Positions 20,391-30,772 of a stretch of 64,000 nucleotides of DNA are shown one piece after another. The notes under the pieces are model-generated. The model was not told the origin of the DNA. It worked only from the letters and a program-made list of their open reading frames with translations, and searched no databases. The stretch comes from Myxococcota bacterium (GTDB lineage: Bacteria; Myxococcota_A; Polyangia; Nannocystales; Nannocystaceae). Position numbers and translations under genes: made by a program. Where the stretch lies: assembly GCA_039194325.1 (NCBI GenBank), contig JBCCWC010000008.1:1-64000 (forward strand), given 5' to 3'. Numbering within the stretch: position 1 is the stretch's first letter; each line of letters opens with the position of its first letter.

Positions 20391-21281
20391 TCAGGCGCCG
20401 GAGCGCTCGTCTGCACTGGCTTGTTCCGCCTCCGCTCGCTCCCCCGTCTCGACGACAGGCAAAGGGCGGATCGACATCGACCGCGAGTCGGTCGCGTCGG
20501 TACGGAACGAGACGGTGACCTGTACGTAGTGCTCGGGCTCGGGCTTGGGCTTGCCTTCGGGCGGGGCCGCCACGGTCCGCTCGTAGCTGTGCCACACGTC
20601 CTGTTCGCTCGACTCCAGCCGAGCGAGGGCGTCCCCGACGGCCTCCAACGCATGAGGGTACTTCGACCGCAGCGTAAAACGGCAGCGGACCGTGTGACAC
20701 TTCGTGTCGCTGAGCACCACCCGCGGCTGCTCGGGCGCCCCCTCGAAGGCATCCCGCCGCGCCAGCACCACGGCGCGGTTGATGATCGCCTGATGGCGTC
20801 GCGCCCAAGCAGCTCGCACCGGCTCCTGGTCGAATGGCACCGACGCGTAGCGATCACGCTCCGCCTCGAGCGCTTGCGGCGAGCGATCCTGCTGAGCACT
20901 CTTGTCGCGCTTGCCGCGCTTGCCGCGCTTGCCACGCGTATTCTTCTTTTTCTTCTTCTTGGCCCCCTGATCGCGCGACGACTCGAGGATCTTGTCGGGC
21001 ACGTTGAGCCACCAGTGCACCCCGACCGCACCAGCCGCCAAAAGCGGCGCCAGCAGCAGCTGCGCGACCACCTTCCACAGCGGGGTCTTGGCCATCATCA
21101 CCCGCCACGGCCGAGCGGAATCATCTGGCGACCCTGCTGGCGACCCTGCTGGCCGATGGGCTCCTTGGTCCGATCCCACGAGTTCCGACGCCGACGACTC
21201 GGCATCGGTCGACTCGGCCTGCGCCGGGCCCCCGTCGGACTCGACCGCCTCTGGGGAGGCCTTGTGCTCGTCGTCGCTCAC
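20391..21281 (-). CDS. Hypothetical single-TM protein
   Basis: A TM segment, a poly-Lys tract and a CHTVRC motif. The GTG overlaps the upstream stop. Confidence 0.7.
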   Translation of the reverse strand: MSDDEHKASPEAVESDGGPAQAESTDAESSASELVGSDQGAHRPAGSPAGSPDDSARPWRVMMAKTPLWKVVAQLLLAPLLAAGAVGVHWWLNVPDKILESSRDQGAKKKKKKNTRGKRGKRGKRDKSAQQDRSPQALEAERDRYASVPFDQEPVRAAWARRHQAIINRAVVLARRDAFEGAPEQPRVVLSDTKCHTVRCRFTLRSKYPHALEAVGDALARLESSEQDVWHSYERTVAAPPEGKPKPEPEHYVQVTVSFRTDATDSRSMSIRPLPVVETGERAEAEQASADERSGA

Positions 21282-21769
21282 GATTCGCCTATAGGGCCGG
21301 GGGGCCGCGGCAACAAGACCCGCCACGCGCCGTCCTCGTTGATGAGCTCCAGCGAGTGCACGGTACCGTCGGCCCCCGTCAGCTGCACCACCGCTCGCTG
21401 GTCGTCGCCCTCACGGAGCTCGGCGGAGGCGATCTGAAAGCGCGGGTCCACGTCGACCACCTGGAGCATCTCCATCGGCTCGACGCTGCGCCGCCCCCCC
21501 ACCTGATCGCTAGCCCGCTCGGCCGCCTGACTCACTCGGGTGACCGTCTGGGTATCGACCAGGGTCAGCATCGTCTTGACGTCACCCATACGAATGGCCC
21601 GCGCGAATGCCCGGGCCGCCGTGACCGGCGGCGGCTCGTCCTCGCCGCAGGCGGTGGGCCCTCCGACCACTCCCAGCCCGGCCGCGAGCACGACCGCGAG
21701 CACGACCGCGGCCCTCGGGGCGGCTCCCCGCCACCGCGGCCCGGCCCGTCGCAGGGAGGCCTGCCTCAC
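21278..21769 (-). CDS. Lipoprotein, NTF2-like/DUF4878-like
   Basis: PTA-C lipobox; AARAFARAIRMGD...AVVQL...LINEDGAWRV. GTGA overlap with the stop of the sigma54 activator. Confidence 0.7.
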   Translation of the reverse strand: MRQASLRRAGPRWRGAAPRAAVVLAVVLAAGLGVVGGPTACGEDEPPPVTAARAFARAIRMGDVKTMLTLVDTQTVTRVSQAAERASDQVGGRRSVEPMEMLQVVDVDPRFQIASAELREGDDQRAVVQLTGADGTVHSLELINEDGAWRVLLPRPPGPIGES

Positions 21770-23193
21770 CCCGCCTCTTCCTTGGACTTGTGCATCCCGA
21801 GCCGCTTGAGCAGCTCGCGCAGGTAGTAACGGGTGATCCCCGCCTCCGCCGAGGCACGGCTGAGGTTGTTGTCGGTCTTGGCCAACAACCGGCCGAAGTA
21901 GGCCCGCTCGAAGGTGTCGACCATGACCTGCTTGGCCTCCTTGAAGGGCTGCTCGTAGAGCGCCGGGTCGATCCCCGGCGCATTGCCGGAGCCCTGGTCG
22001 GTCGACGACGCCACCGGGCGTTCTTCGCGACGACCCAGGTGCAGATCGCTGGGCTCGATGCTCCCGTTGCGGCACAGGTGGGCCGCTCGCTGCACGATGT
22101 TCTTGAGCTGTCGAACGTTGCCCGGGAACGCCTCGGCCAAAAGAGCGTCGCGAGCCGCGTCGCTGAACACGGGCCGCGGCATGGCCCCGTTCATCATCCG
22201 CACCAGATCCTCCAAGAAGCGCTCCGCCAGCATGATCACGTCGTCACCCCGCTCACGCAGAGGCGGCAGATCGACGGTCATCACCGACAGGCGGAAGTAG
22301 AGATCCTCGCGGAACGACCCCTGCCCCACCATCATTCGCAGGTCGCGGTGCGTGGCCGCCACCACCCGCACGTCGACCTTGCGCACCTGGCTCTCGCCGA
22401 TCCGCTGCACCTCGCGGCGATCGAGCACGCGCAGCAGCTTGGGCTGGAGCTCCAGCGGCAGCTCCCCGATCTCGTCGAGGAACAGCGTGCCGCCGTCGGC
22501 CTCCTCGAAGCACCCCGGCCGGTCGCTCACCGCACCGGTGAACGACCCCTTCTTGTGACCCAAGATCGCCGCCTCGGCCAGCTCGCGGGGCAGCGACCCG
22601 CAGTCGAGCACCACGAAGGGGCCCTTTTGGCGCGGGGACTCGTCGTGCAGGGCCCGAGCCACCAGCTCCTTGCCGGTGCCCGTCTGGCCGCCGATCAGCA
22701 CGCTCATCTCGGTGGGCGCCACTCGCTGGAGGATCGCGAAGACCTCACGCATGGCCGGGCTGCGGCCGTAGAGCGCCCCGTAGTGATCCTCGCCCGAGAT
22801 CGGGACCTGGACCTCGTCGGCCTGGATGAGCTCGATCTCGGTCTTGCCGACCTTGATCACCATGCCCGGCTCGATCCACGCCGAGCGGATGCGGATCGCT
22901 CCGATGAACGTGCCGTTGGTGCTGTCGAGGTCGTGCAGCTGCACGCCGTTGTCCCCCAGCACGATCTCCGCGTGCGTGCCGCTAATCGAAGAGTCCGTGA
23001 GCACCAGATCGTTGACCGCGCTCCGCCCGATCGTGATCCGCGAGCGCGCCACCGTGCTCTGCGAGCCCATGTCGGGGCCGCCCTTGACCCGAAGCATCAC
23101 TCGCCGCAGCTGGCGGTGGGTGTGCTCGGGCGCGAAGAACGTCGTCGTCAGCGACGTCTGCGTCTCGCCTGGATCTTGATCCTCGATCGACAC
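21766..23193 (-). CDS. FHA-domain sigma54-dependent transcriptional activator (FHA-AAA+-HTH)
   Basis: [17 protein letters not shown] (FHA); [41 protein letters not shown]; Fis-type HTH. Confidence 0.95.
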   Translation of the reverse strand: MSIEDQDPGETQTSLTTTFFAPEHTHRQLRRVMLRVKGGPDMGSQSTVARSRITIGRSAVNDLVLTDSSISGTHAEIVLGDNGVQLHDLDSTNGTFIGAIRIRSAWIEPGMVIKVGKTEIELIQADEVQVPISGEDHYGALYGRSPAMREVFAILQRVAPTEMSVLIGGQTGTGKELVARALHDESPRQKGPFVVLDCGSLPRELAEAAILGHKKGSFTGAVSDRPGCFEEADGGTLFLDEIGELPLELQPKLLRVLDRREVQRIGESQVRKVDVRVVAATHRDLRMMVGQGSFREDLYFRLSVMTVDLPPLRERGDDVIMLAERFLEDLVRMMNGAMPRPVFSDAARDALLAEAFPGNVRQLKNIVQRAAHLCRNGSIEPSDLHLGRREERPVASSTDQGSGNAPGIDPALYEQPFKEAKQVMVDTFERAYFGRLLAKTDNNLSRASAEAGITRYYLRELLKRLGMHKSKEEAG

Positions 23194-23290
23194 CGTCGGT
23201 CAGAGAAAGGGGGTTCGTGTCCGTGTTCCGTGCGGGCAGGGCAGGACTGGACTGGACTGGACTGGACTGGCCTGGCCTGGAGACTGGAGA

Positions 23291-23989
23291 TTAGTTGAGC
23301 AGCTCGTCGTCGGGCCGAATCACCCGCAGGTGAGCCGGCCGCTTCTTGCGTCTGCGCCCCCCGACTTTGCCCGACTTCCGCAGTCGGCGCCAGGGCTGGG
23401 TCACCACCAGCAGCGCGATCACCATGGACACCACCCCGGGCACGACCACGGGCCATTCGGCGCCGCGCGCGAGCGGCGAGATCACCGACAACACTGCGAT
23501 GATGATCGCCAGCGTGCGCCCACTGAGCGGGATCACCCCCCCGAGCTGAAGCGGCCGCTGGCCCATGAACACCCCGAACGCGACCACCGCCGCCAGATCC
23601 ATGGCCGTGGCTCCGGCCATGCTCACGCCCCGGACCTCGGGAACGACCAGCGCCAGCAACACCGTCGCCGCGTGGCCCGCCACGCCGCAGCCGACCACCA
23701 AGGTCACGTACTTGCGGGTGCCCCAAAACGCCTCCAGCGGACCGGCGAGAAACCACTGCACCAGCAAGGTGCCCAGCAAAAGAGCGACCCGACCGTCGGG
23801 AAAGATGAAATTGGCGGTCAGCGGCTGCCATAGCCCCTGGCCCGTGAGCACGGCCCCCGGGTCGAGCACCAGCTGCTGTGCGATCGGCTGATCGGCCAGC
23901 AGCGCCGTCAGCAGCACGGTGACCGAAAACAGCGCCAGAGCCCCCCGACCAAACGGAGGCAGCGCAGAAAGCAGGCGGTTACGGGCCAA
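23291..23989 (-). CDS. Rhomboid-fold membrane protein, probably catalytically inactive
   Basis: LWQPLTANF, GPLEAFWGTRKY and about six TM segments. It has GAT instead of GxSG and no His in the last helix. Confidence 0.7.
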   Translation of the reverse strand: MARNRLLSALPPFGRGALALFSVTVLLTALLADQPIAQQLVLDPGAVLTGQGLWQPLTANFIFPDGRVALLLGTLLVQWFLAGPLEAFWGTRKYVTLVVGCGVAGHAATVLLALVVPEVRGVSMAGATAMDLAAVVAFGVFMGQRPLQLGGVIPLSGRTLAIIIAVLSVISPLARGAEWPVVVPGVVSMVIALLVVTQPWRRLRKSGKVGGRRRKKRPAHLRVIRPDDELLN

Positions 23990-24154
23990 CGAGCCCCAGT
24001 CTAGCAGCCTCGCTCCCCGGCGCGCTCCCTCGACCGAACCGCACCCAACCCACGAAGAAGTCCGTACATTACGCCTAACGCGCAAGGTAGTACAATGTAG
24101 GCTGCGATCGTCGGTTTTTTGGGGCGTCCCCGGGTTTGAGGCACTGGTGGAGGC

Positions 24155-24478
24155 ATGCCGATCAACCGTCGACGTCACCGAATGTTCGTGACCCGCAACA
24201 CCGAGTATCACCTCCGCCTCGACGAGTGCGTGGGCGTACGCGATCTCGAGACCGGCAATTGGCAGCGACATCACGCGGCCCTGCGCCTACGGGCGGTCCA
24301 GCTGCCCCCCATGGGCCACGACCACCGCTGGGTCGGTCGTCGCTTGCAGTTCTGGGGCCGCAACCAGGACGTGGTCACCTCCCCGGTGCTCGAGGTGGGC
24401 CGGCCGCAGCGGGAAGTGCTCGCGCACTACGTCAGCCTCGAGCAGTCGGGCCTCATCGAGCGCGTCGCCCGGGCCTGA
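24155..24478 (+). CDS. Small conserved-looking hypothetical protein
   Basis: GGAGG RBS immediately upstream; MFVTRNTEYH...CVGVRD...VVTSPV. Confidence 0.7.
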   Translation: MPINRRRHRMFVTRNTEYHLRLDECVGVRDLETGNWQRHHAALRLRAVQLPPMGHDHRWVGRRLQFWGRNQDVVTSPVLEVGRPQREVLAHYVSLEQSGLIERVARA

Positions 24479-24482
24479 CCTA

Positions 24483-25382
24483 TCACATCAAGATCCCGCG
24501 CGGATCCACACCGGGGACGTCCACGAGATCCTCGTCGCCGAGCCGATCCCCGAGGTTGCGCTCGACGGTCATCGACATGTTGTGCAAGGGCAGCCCGTTC
24601 CAGAACATCGTGAAGGGATCCTCCAGCACGCGCCCCGCCTCGCTGATGAGGGTGAACGACAGGCATACCAGAATGTTGATGGGCACCACCAACCACGACA
24701 GCGACTCGACCAGGCCCAAGGGGAACAGCAGGCCATAGGCCATGATCAAGCGCTCGGCGATGAAGCCGTAGCCGCGAGGCATCGGCGTCTTCTTGATCCG
24801 CTCGCAGCCTCCCTGCACGGCCAGCATCTCCTCGATGCTGTGATCGAGCCGCTGCATCCGAAACCCGCTGAGCTGCCCCGCGTCGTCTAGCGCGACCAGA
24901 TCGACGTGCTGGCGGTGGAGCAACGCATGGGTGATGTTGCTCTGCCCCCGGTAGTCCTCGGGATCGTCGGGGACTACCCGCAAGAAGTCCTCGTCGGCCA
25001 GCGGATCCTGCGTGCGCAACAGGCAGCGCAGTGCGTGCACGTAGGCCGCGTGGCGATGCACGATCCGTCGCTGTGCCTCGCGCTCCGCCGCCGGCAAGTA
25101 GTTGAGGACCTGGGTGCAAAAGTGGCGCGATACGTTGATCATGCGCCCCCACAGCTTGCGACCCTCCCACCAGCGATCGTAGGCCGAGTTGGTCCGAAAG
25201 CTGACGAAGATGCCCAACGCCGCGCCCACCACCGCCAGCGGCGCCGTGGGGATCGCCAAGAAGTGCAGCGACGGGAAGTGCCAGATCACCACCGCCGCCA
25301 GCCCGCCAAGCGTAAACAGCCCCACCGCCTTCCACTGCCACGCCAGCAAGCGAAAGACCGACCCTCGATTGGACACCATCAT
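24483..25382 (-). CDS. Bestrophin (YneE-like) ion channel
   Basis: FRTNSAYDRWWEGRKLWG, GGCERIKKTPMP, LEDPF..NGLPL. Confidence 0.92.
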   Translation of the reverse strand: MMVSNRGSVFRLLAWQWKAVGLFTLGGLAAVVIWHFPSLHFLAIPTAPLAVVGAALGIFVSFRTNSAYDRWWEGRKLWGRMINVSRHFCTQVLNYLPAAEREAQRRIVHRHAAYVHALRCLLRTQDPLADEDFLRVVPDDPEDYRGQSNITHALLHRQHVDLVALDDAGQLSGFRMQRLDHSIEEMLAVQGGCERIKKTPMPRGYGFIAERLIMAYGLLFPLGLVESLSWLVVPINILVCLSFTLISEAGRVLEDPFTMFWNGLPLHNMSMTVERNLGDRLGDEDLVDVPGVDPRGILM

Positions 25383-25538
25383 GCCGTCATTGCTCCCGAG
25401 ATCGTGGTGGCTCGTCGTTCAACCCGAAAAGCCGCTCGCAGATCCCATCGTGGACTGCCAGCGGCTTCGATGAGGTCTCGAAAAGAGGTTGATGGACTCG
25501 CAAAGGCTGATTGACGGGATCGGCGCGATTGCGCCGGG

Positions 25539-26489
25539 TCAGCCGGCCTTCTTGGCGGGCGCCTTCGCGTCTGCGGCCGGCGCCTTCGCATCTGCGGCCG
25601 GCGCCTTTGCATCTGCGGCCGGCGCTTTTGCATCTGCGGCCGGCGCCTTCGCATCTGCGGCCGGCGCCTTCGCATCGCCACCGTCAGCCGCCGGCGCCTT
25701 CGCATCACCACCGTCAGCGGCCGGCGCCTTCGCATCGCCACCGTCAGCCGCCGGCGCCTTCACATCGGCCACCGGGTTGTCGTCGCCGTCGAAGCAGCAC
25801 ATCACCCCGGCATTCGAGCTGGACGTGACCGCCCCGCAGCCCTCGCTGGTGCCGCGCGAGATCATGGTCTTGCCCTTCCACACCCCGTCCTTGCACTTGC
25901 CCGAGAGGCAATCGTTGCCGCAGCACACCGGCTCGGCACCCAGGCCCGCCTGGAAGCAAGGCAGCGTCGTCGCGGCCGTGATCTTCGGGCAGGGATCGAT
26001 CTCCTCGCTGATCGAGTGGCTCACCGCTGCGTTGAAGCGGCCCGGCCCCGCGTTGCTGCAATCCTCCACGCTCGCGCGGTCGGTGATGTCCTTGGCCTTG
26101 CCCGCGTTGCCGCACACGTGCCACCCCGGCGCGCACAGATCGGCCGGAACCGCACACTTTTGGCCGTCATCGCCGCAGGCCTTACCGGTCGGCTTGTCAC
26201 GCAGGCTCTTGGTGCCGTCCCACTCGCCGATGCAACCCGCCACGCGCGGGTGCTTCTTGAGATCGGCAAAGCCCTCCCGCTGACCGTCGGCACACCCGAT
26301 GAGCTTGGGATCGCCCTTATCACTCTCGACGAACTTGACCCCCTTCATCGAGCCAGGGCGTTCGCCATCGAAGTAATCGCCCTCGTAGGGGCCAGAACCA
26401 CACGTGCACCCGGCGCTCAGCACAGCCGTGGCCAGGGGTACCGCCGCAAGACAGGACAGAAGGCGCGAAAGACGCGGAAACCCGAACAT
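25539..26489 (-). CDS. Cys-rich lipoprotein with C-terminal (APAADAK) repeat tail
   Basis: LSAG-C lipobox, a disulfide-rich domain GCADGQREG...GWHVC...GVMCC, and an Ala/Lys/Pro tail. Confidence 0.8.
   Translation of the reverse strand: MFGFPRLSRLLSCLAAVPLATAVLSAGCTCGSGPYEGDYFDGERPGSMKGVKFVESDKGDPKLIGCADGQREGFADLKKHPRVAGCIGEWDGTKSLRDKPTGKACGDDGQKCAVPADLCAPGWHVCGNAGKAKDITDRASVEDCSNAGPGRFNAAVSHSISEEIDPCPKITAATTLPCFQAGLGAEPVCCGNDCLSGKCKDGVWKGKTMISRGTSEGCGAVTSSSNAGVMCCFDGDDNPVADVKAPAADGGDAKAPAADGGDAKAPAADGGDAKAPAADAKAPAADAKAPAADAKAPAADAKAPAADAKAPAKKAG
25558..25770. repeat. Coding tandem repeats (21 bp and 30 bp units)
   Basis: GGCGCCTTCGCATCTGCGGCC about five times, plus three 30-bp variants. 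Confidence 0.9.
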
Positions 26490-26816
26490 GCGGCGAAGGA
26501 TAGGCAAGCTTGGTCCGCATGCCTAGGCCATCCAGGCGGCAAAGGATGCCCCGCCTGTCGGACTCGCGCCAAGCCCGCAACTGATGGTCCAACCCGGACG
26601 ATCGACATCCTAATCGGCCGAACACCCTTCACGCCCTTGTCGGGCCCGACCGCCGGGGCGAGTCGCCTTTGGCTCGATCATCGATCTCGACCCATCCGGG
26701 GCGCCCGTCCCCCGCGCGCTGAGCCATCGCTCACCCGGACTCGATATGGATCTCAGCCCGGATCCTGGCTCGGATCCTGGCCCCGGCTGCGGGCCGAGCT
26801 CACGAAGGATCGAGTC

Positions 26817-27716
26817 TCAATCGTCGTCGTCAGCTTGGGCGGCCAGCTCCGCCTCGAGCTTCTCGATCCGCTCGAGCTCCGGCTTGCTCACGATGTAGGC
26901 GACCCCGATGCTCGCAAAGAACAGGGCGATCATCGGCAGCGCCCTCAGCACCTGGCTGACCGGCTCGGGCGGGGTGAGGAACGCCCCAACCACGAAGAAC
27001 GAAAGCACCATGATCTTCCAGTGCCGCAGCAGGGTCTTGTGGGTGATCACCCCGGCCTTGGCGAGGAAGAACACCCCCAGCGGAAACTGGAACATCAGGC
27101 CGAACCCCAGCAGCAGCCGGGTGGTGTACTTGATGTAGTCCGTATACGTGTAGTTGGCGATGATCTTGACCGCATTGCCCCCCATGTCCTTGTTGAGCGG
27201 GTAGGTCAGCAAGAACTCGGTGGCCAGCGGCAGCACCAGATAGAAGCAAAAGGCCGCGCCTCCCGCGAACATCACCGCGCTGGTGGCGGAGAACGGAACC
27301 ACCAGCTTCTTCTCGCGCTTGTACAGGCCCGGCGAGATGAACATCCACAGCTGGTAGAACACCACCGGCGCGGCCAGGAACAGCCCGCCGATGAGCGCGA
27401 TCCGAATGTCGGTCAGCACGCTCTCGAACGCGGTGAGATTTTGCAGCTGGGGTCCGGTCTCGGGCAGCCGAGAGGACCCGAACTCCGCCATGTCCGACTC
27501 CACCACGCTCCACCACGCATTGCGGTAGGGCTGGAGCAGCAGCTGGGTCAGATCGTCGACCAGCGCGTAGCAGACCACGAACCCCAGCGCCAAGCTGCCC
27601 GCCGCCCGCATGAGCCGGTTGCGCAGCTCCGCGAGGTGGTCGAAGAACGACATCGGCTTGTCGTCTTCGGGACCTTCGGCCAGCCCATCTTCACCGTTAT
27701 CTTCGTCCTTGGCCAT
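26817..27716 (-). CDS. tatC: Twin-arginine translocase subunit TatC
   Basis: MSFFDHLAELRNRL, YQLWMFISPGLYKREKK, FGLMFQFP, LTPPEPVSQ. Confidence 0.95.
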   Translation of the reverse strand: MAKDEDNGEDGLAEGPEDDKPMSFFDHLAELRNRLMRAAGSLALGFVVCYALVDDLTQLLLQPYRNAWWSVVESDMAEFGSSRLPETGPQLQNLTAFESVLTDIRIALIGGLFLAAPVVFYQLWMFISPGLYKREKKLVVPFSATSAVMFAGGAAFCFYLVLPLATEFLLTYPLNKDMGGNAVKIIANYTYTDYIKYTTRLLLGFGLMFQFPLGVFFLAKAGVITHKTLLRHWKIMVLSFFVVGAFLTPPEPVSQVLRALPMIALFFASIGVAYIVSKPELERIEKLEAELAAQADDDD

Positions 27717-27737
27717 GATCACGATCGCGAGGCCAAC

Positions 27738-28376
27738 CTAGGCAGCGCCTTGGCTGGCCGAAGAGCCTCCATCCGAACCGTCGGGCTTGGTCGCCGCGGG
27801 GCGGGAGTCGGCCGACTTGGGCGCCGACACCGGTGCAGACTTGGACGCGGACACCGGCGCGGGTTTCGAATGAGGGGTCGCGCCACCAGACCCCGACGGC
27901 TTGCCAGCCGTCGCCGACGAGCCGGACGCCACCGTTCCAGCGGGCGCGGGGCCCGGGCCTGCGCTGCTCTGGCGACCTTCGCTGCCGCCTCCATTGTCGC
28001 CGCCGCCCTCTCCATCGTCGCCGCCGCCCTCGGCCATCGCCTTGGCGGCCGCTTCGCGCTCCTGTCGCTCCCGCTCGCGCGCCACCTTGGTCAGCTTGTT
28101 CTGAGCCCTTCGCGCCTCCATGCGCGCCTTCATCAGCTCGCGCCGGGCTGCGCTCTCGGCATCGCGCAGCTCGGCCTTGGTGCCGTTGACCGCGTCCTTG
28201 ATGTCCTGCATCGCCTCCTCTTGCATGATCGCGTCGCGGAACTCGTCGGCCGTCCGCCGCAGCGAGCCCCACAGCTGGGAGATCCCTTTGATGATCTTCG
28301 GCAGCTCGCGGGGCGAGAACAGCAGCAACGCGAGCACCGCGACCACGAGCATCTCGACTGGGCCGATGCCGAACAC
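27738..28376 (-). CDS. tatB: Twin-arginine translocase subunit TatB
   Basis: FGIGPVEMLVVAVLALLLFSPRELP, an amphipathic helix and a long tail; directly upstream of tatC. Confidence 0.85.
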   Translation of the reverse strand: MFGIGPVEMLVVAVLALLLFSPRELPKIIKGISQLWGSLRRTADEFRDAIMQEEAMQDIKDAVNGTKAELRDAESAARRELMKARMEARRAQNKLTKVARERERQEREAAAKAMAEGGGDDGEGGGDNGGGSEGRQSSAGPGPAPAGTVASGSSATAGKPSGSGGATPHSKPAPVSASKSAPVSAPKSADSRPAATKPDGSDGGSSASQGAA

Positions 28377-28539
28377 GCGGACACGATAGCAGCCCCCCGC
28401 GAACCGAGCGAGGGCCCCCGGCCTCCCGACCACACCCCGCTGGCCGATCCCGCGCAACGAGCCCGATCCCCGCCTCCGCGCTCCGACGGCGATGTTCTCT
28501 CGGTGGCGCTGTCGGTGGCCCCGGCGGGGGCGCGTGCCC

Positions 28540-30471
28540 TCAGGTCCGGAGGCGATCGCGCTGGCGCCGGGTGTTCGCGGCCAATTCCTCCAGCGCCCCC
28601 ACGATGGCCCCCGCGCTCTCGGTCTGGCCGCGGTGGGCCTCGTTGAGCTGGTTGACCATCTCGCTGATCGTCTCGATCGCGCGGGTGATCTGGCGACTGC
28701 CCCGGGTCTGCTCCTGGGTAGATCGCTCCACGTGCCGGGTGATCGCCTTCATCTTCTCCGCCGAGCGCATGATCTGCTCCGCCCCGCGCGCTTGCTCGGC
28801 CGTCGCGGTGGCCACCTGCTGCACCGTCGTCGCCACCACGTTGATCGCGTCGGTCACCTGCTTGGAACCCTTGGTCTGCTCCACCGTCGCCCGGGCGATC
28901 TCGCGGACCATCTGCGTCGAGCGGCGAGCCGCGTCGGAGATCCGCTTGAGCGCGTCCTCGGCCTGGTGACTGACCCGTACCCCGTCGTCCACGCTCTTGC
29001 TCGAGCGCTGCACCGCCTGCACCGCGTTCTTCGACTCGCGCTGCACCGCCTTGATGATCTCGGCGATCTCCTTGGTGCTGGTGGCCGAGCGCTCGGCCAG
29101 ATCCTTGATCTCGTCGGCCACCACCGCAAAGCCCTTGCCGTGCTCACCGGCCTGGGCCGCGATGATCGCCGCGTTGAGCGCCAGCAGGTTGGTTTGCTCC
29201 GACACGTCGTCGATCACGCTGAGGATCGTGCCGATCTCGTCGATCCGCCCCCCCAGGCGGCTGATCACGGACACCGCGTCGGCCGCGGAGTTCTTGATCA
29301 TGTTGATCACCTCGATCGTTTGATTGATCGCGTCCACGCCGCCCTCGGCCGCCCACACCACCTCCTCGGAGAGCTGAGCCGTCTCGTTGGCGTTGTTCTC
29401 GACCTGCTGGATCGAGATGTCCATCTCGTTCATCGCCGACGAGGTCTCCTCCGCCGTGGTCGACAGCGCCTCGATGTTCTTGGCCACCTCCTTGACCGAG
29501 AAGGTCATCTCCTCGATCGACGTCGCCGTCTCCTGCACCGACGCGGCCAGGTTGAACATGCTCTCGGCCACCTCGTCGTTGGCCGCCGCCATCTCCAAGA
29601 TCGACGAGCTGCTCTCCTCGGCGTTGGACGCCAGCAGCTCCACGTTCTCGCTGATCCCCCGCAGCCCCGTGTTCATCTCGTGCATCGCCGCCAAGATCCC
29701 GTCGATCGTGGCCAGCGACTCGCCCAGCTCGGTGACCATGCGCTCGGGCCCGTGCGGCAGCAACGTGTCGGGCGAGTGGTTGTGACTGAGCTCCAGCTCC
29801 GCCTCCAGCTCCGCCACGCGGCTCTGCAGCTCCAGCACCATCTCGCTGGACGCCCCCGAGCCTCGGCTCGTCTCCAGCTCTCGGACCGCCTCGCGCGACT
29901 CCTCCAGATCTCGTTGGACCTTGGCCAAGGCCTCGCGGGCCAGCTCGACCTCGTGCTCCGCCGCCGCTCGCGACTTTTGGCTGCGCAGTAGCTCGGCTTG
30001 CGCCGCCTCTCGCTCCTGTCGGGCACCGGTCAGCCCCTTGTCGAGATCCGCCTCGCGGGCCTCGACGTCCCCGACTCGGCGCTCCGCTCGGGCCTTGTCG
30101 TCCAGCGCATCCTTGGCCTTCGACCGCGCCTCGTCTCGCTCCTCCCGGAGCGTCGAGACCTGCTCGAGGGCTCGATCGCGCTCCGCCACCACCCGCTCGT
30201 GCTCCTGCGGCGTGATGGTCGACTTGTCCTCCAGCGCCTGCAGCTGGGTCTTCGCCTCGCCCAGCTCGCGCTCGGTGCGACCGACCCGGCCCAGGGCCTG
30301 CTGGGCATCCGAGCCCAGCAACCACCCGGTCACCCCGGCCAGCACCGCCGCGACCCCGGCCGCGACCGCACCCGACCCCGTCTGCCACGCCAACCCCGTG
30401 ACCAGCCCGGCCAGACCGAGCAACGCTGGCGTCAGCACGGGGAATCGAAGGTTTTCACTCGAATCCGCCAA
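28540..30471 (-). CDS. Methyl-accepting chemotaxis protein
   Basis: [39 protein letters not shown]-terminal TM hairpin and a long coiled coil. Confidence 0.95.
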   Translation of the reverse strand: MADSSENLRFPVLTPALLGLAGLVTGLAWQTGSGAVAAGVAAVLAGVTGWLLGSDAQQALGRVGRTERELGEAKTQLQALEDKSTITPQEHERVVAERDRALEQVSTLREERDEARSKAKDALDDKARAERRVGDVEAREADLDKGLTGARQEREAAQAELLRSQKSRAAAEHEVELAREALAKVQRDLEESREAVRELETSRGSGASSEMVLELQSRVAELEAELELSHNHSPDTLLPHGPERMVTELGESLATIDGILAAMHEMNTGLRGISENVELLASNAEESSSSILEMAAANDEVAESMFNLAASVQETATSIEEMTFSVKEVAKNIEALSTTAEETSSAMNEMDISIQQVENNANETAQLSEEVVWAAEGGVDAINQTIEVINMIKNSAADAVSVISRLGGRIDEIGTILSVIDDVSEQTNLLALNAAIIAAQAGEHGKGFAVVADEIKDLAERSATSTKEIAEIIKAVQRESKNAVQAVQRSSKSVDDGVRVSHQAEDALKRISDAARRSTQMVREIARATVEQTKGSKQVTDAINVVATTVQQVATATAEQARGAEQIMRSAEKMKAITRHVERSTQEQTRGSRQITRAIETISEMVNQLNEAHRGQTESAGAIVGALEELAANTRRQRDRLRT

Positions 30472-30772
30472 GAGGAGCCGATTCTACGGAACCCGGACCG
30501 CACCATCCAGCGAGGCCACCAGATCGCACGCACCCGCCCCTCTATGGAATCCAACGCTAAACACCCGACCAGGGTCGCCGGGTCCGGCTTTCCGGTACAC
30601 GGCCGCGACTGGGACAGACGAGGCCCATCACGGGCTCATCCTTCGTCGCAGTCGCCTCGCAGTCGCCTCGCAGTCGCCTCGCAGTCGCCCAACGTCGTCT
30701 CCCGCGCTCTCGATCAACGTTCGACGCCCACGACGACGCTGCCCAACCACGTTCCGGCCTCGGTCACCGAGC

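Noticed and set aside
22520..22550. GSFTGA as a defective GAFTGA loop
   Set aside because: GSFTGA is a known functional variant in sigma54 activators.
26016..28646. 876-aa plus-strand ORF
   Set aside because: Antisense shadow of tatC, tatB and the lipoprotein gene; no motifs; typical of high-GC DNA.
21790..29991. Long plus-strand ORFs 21790-23298 and 28492-29991
   Set aside because: Mirror frames of the sigma54 activator and the MCP.
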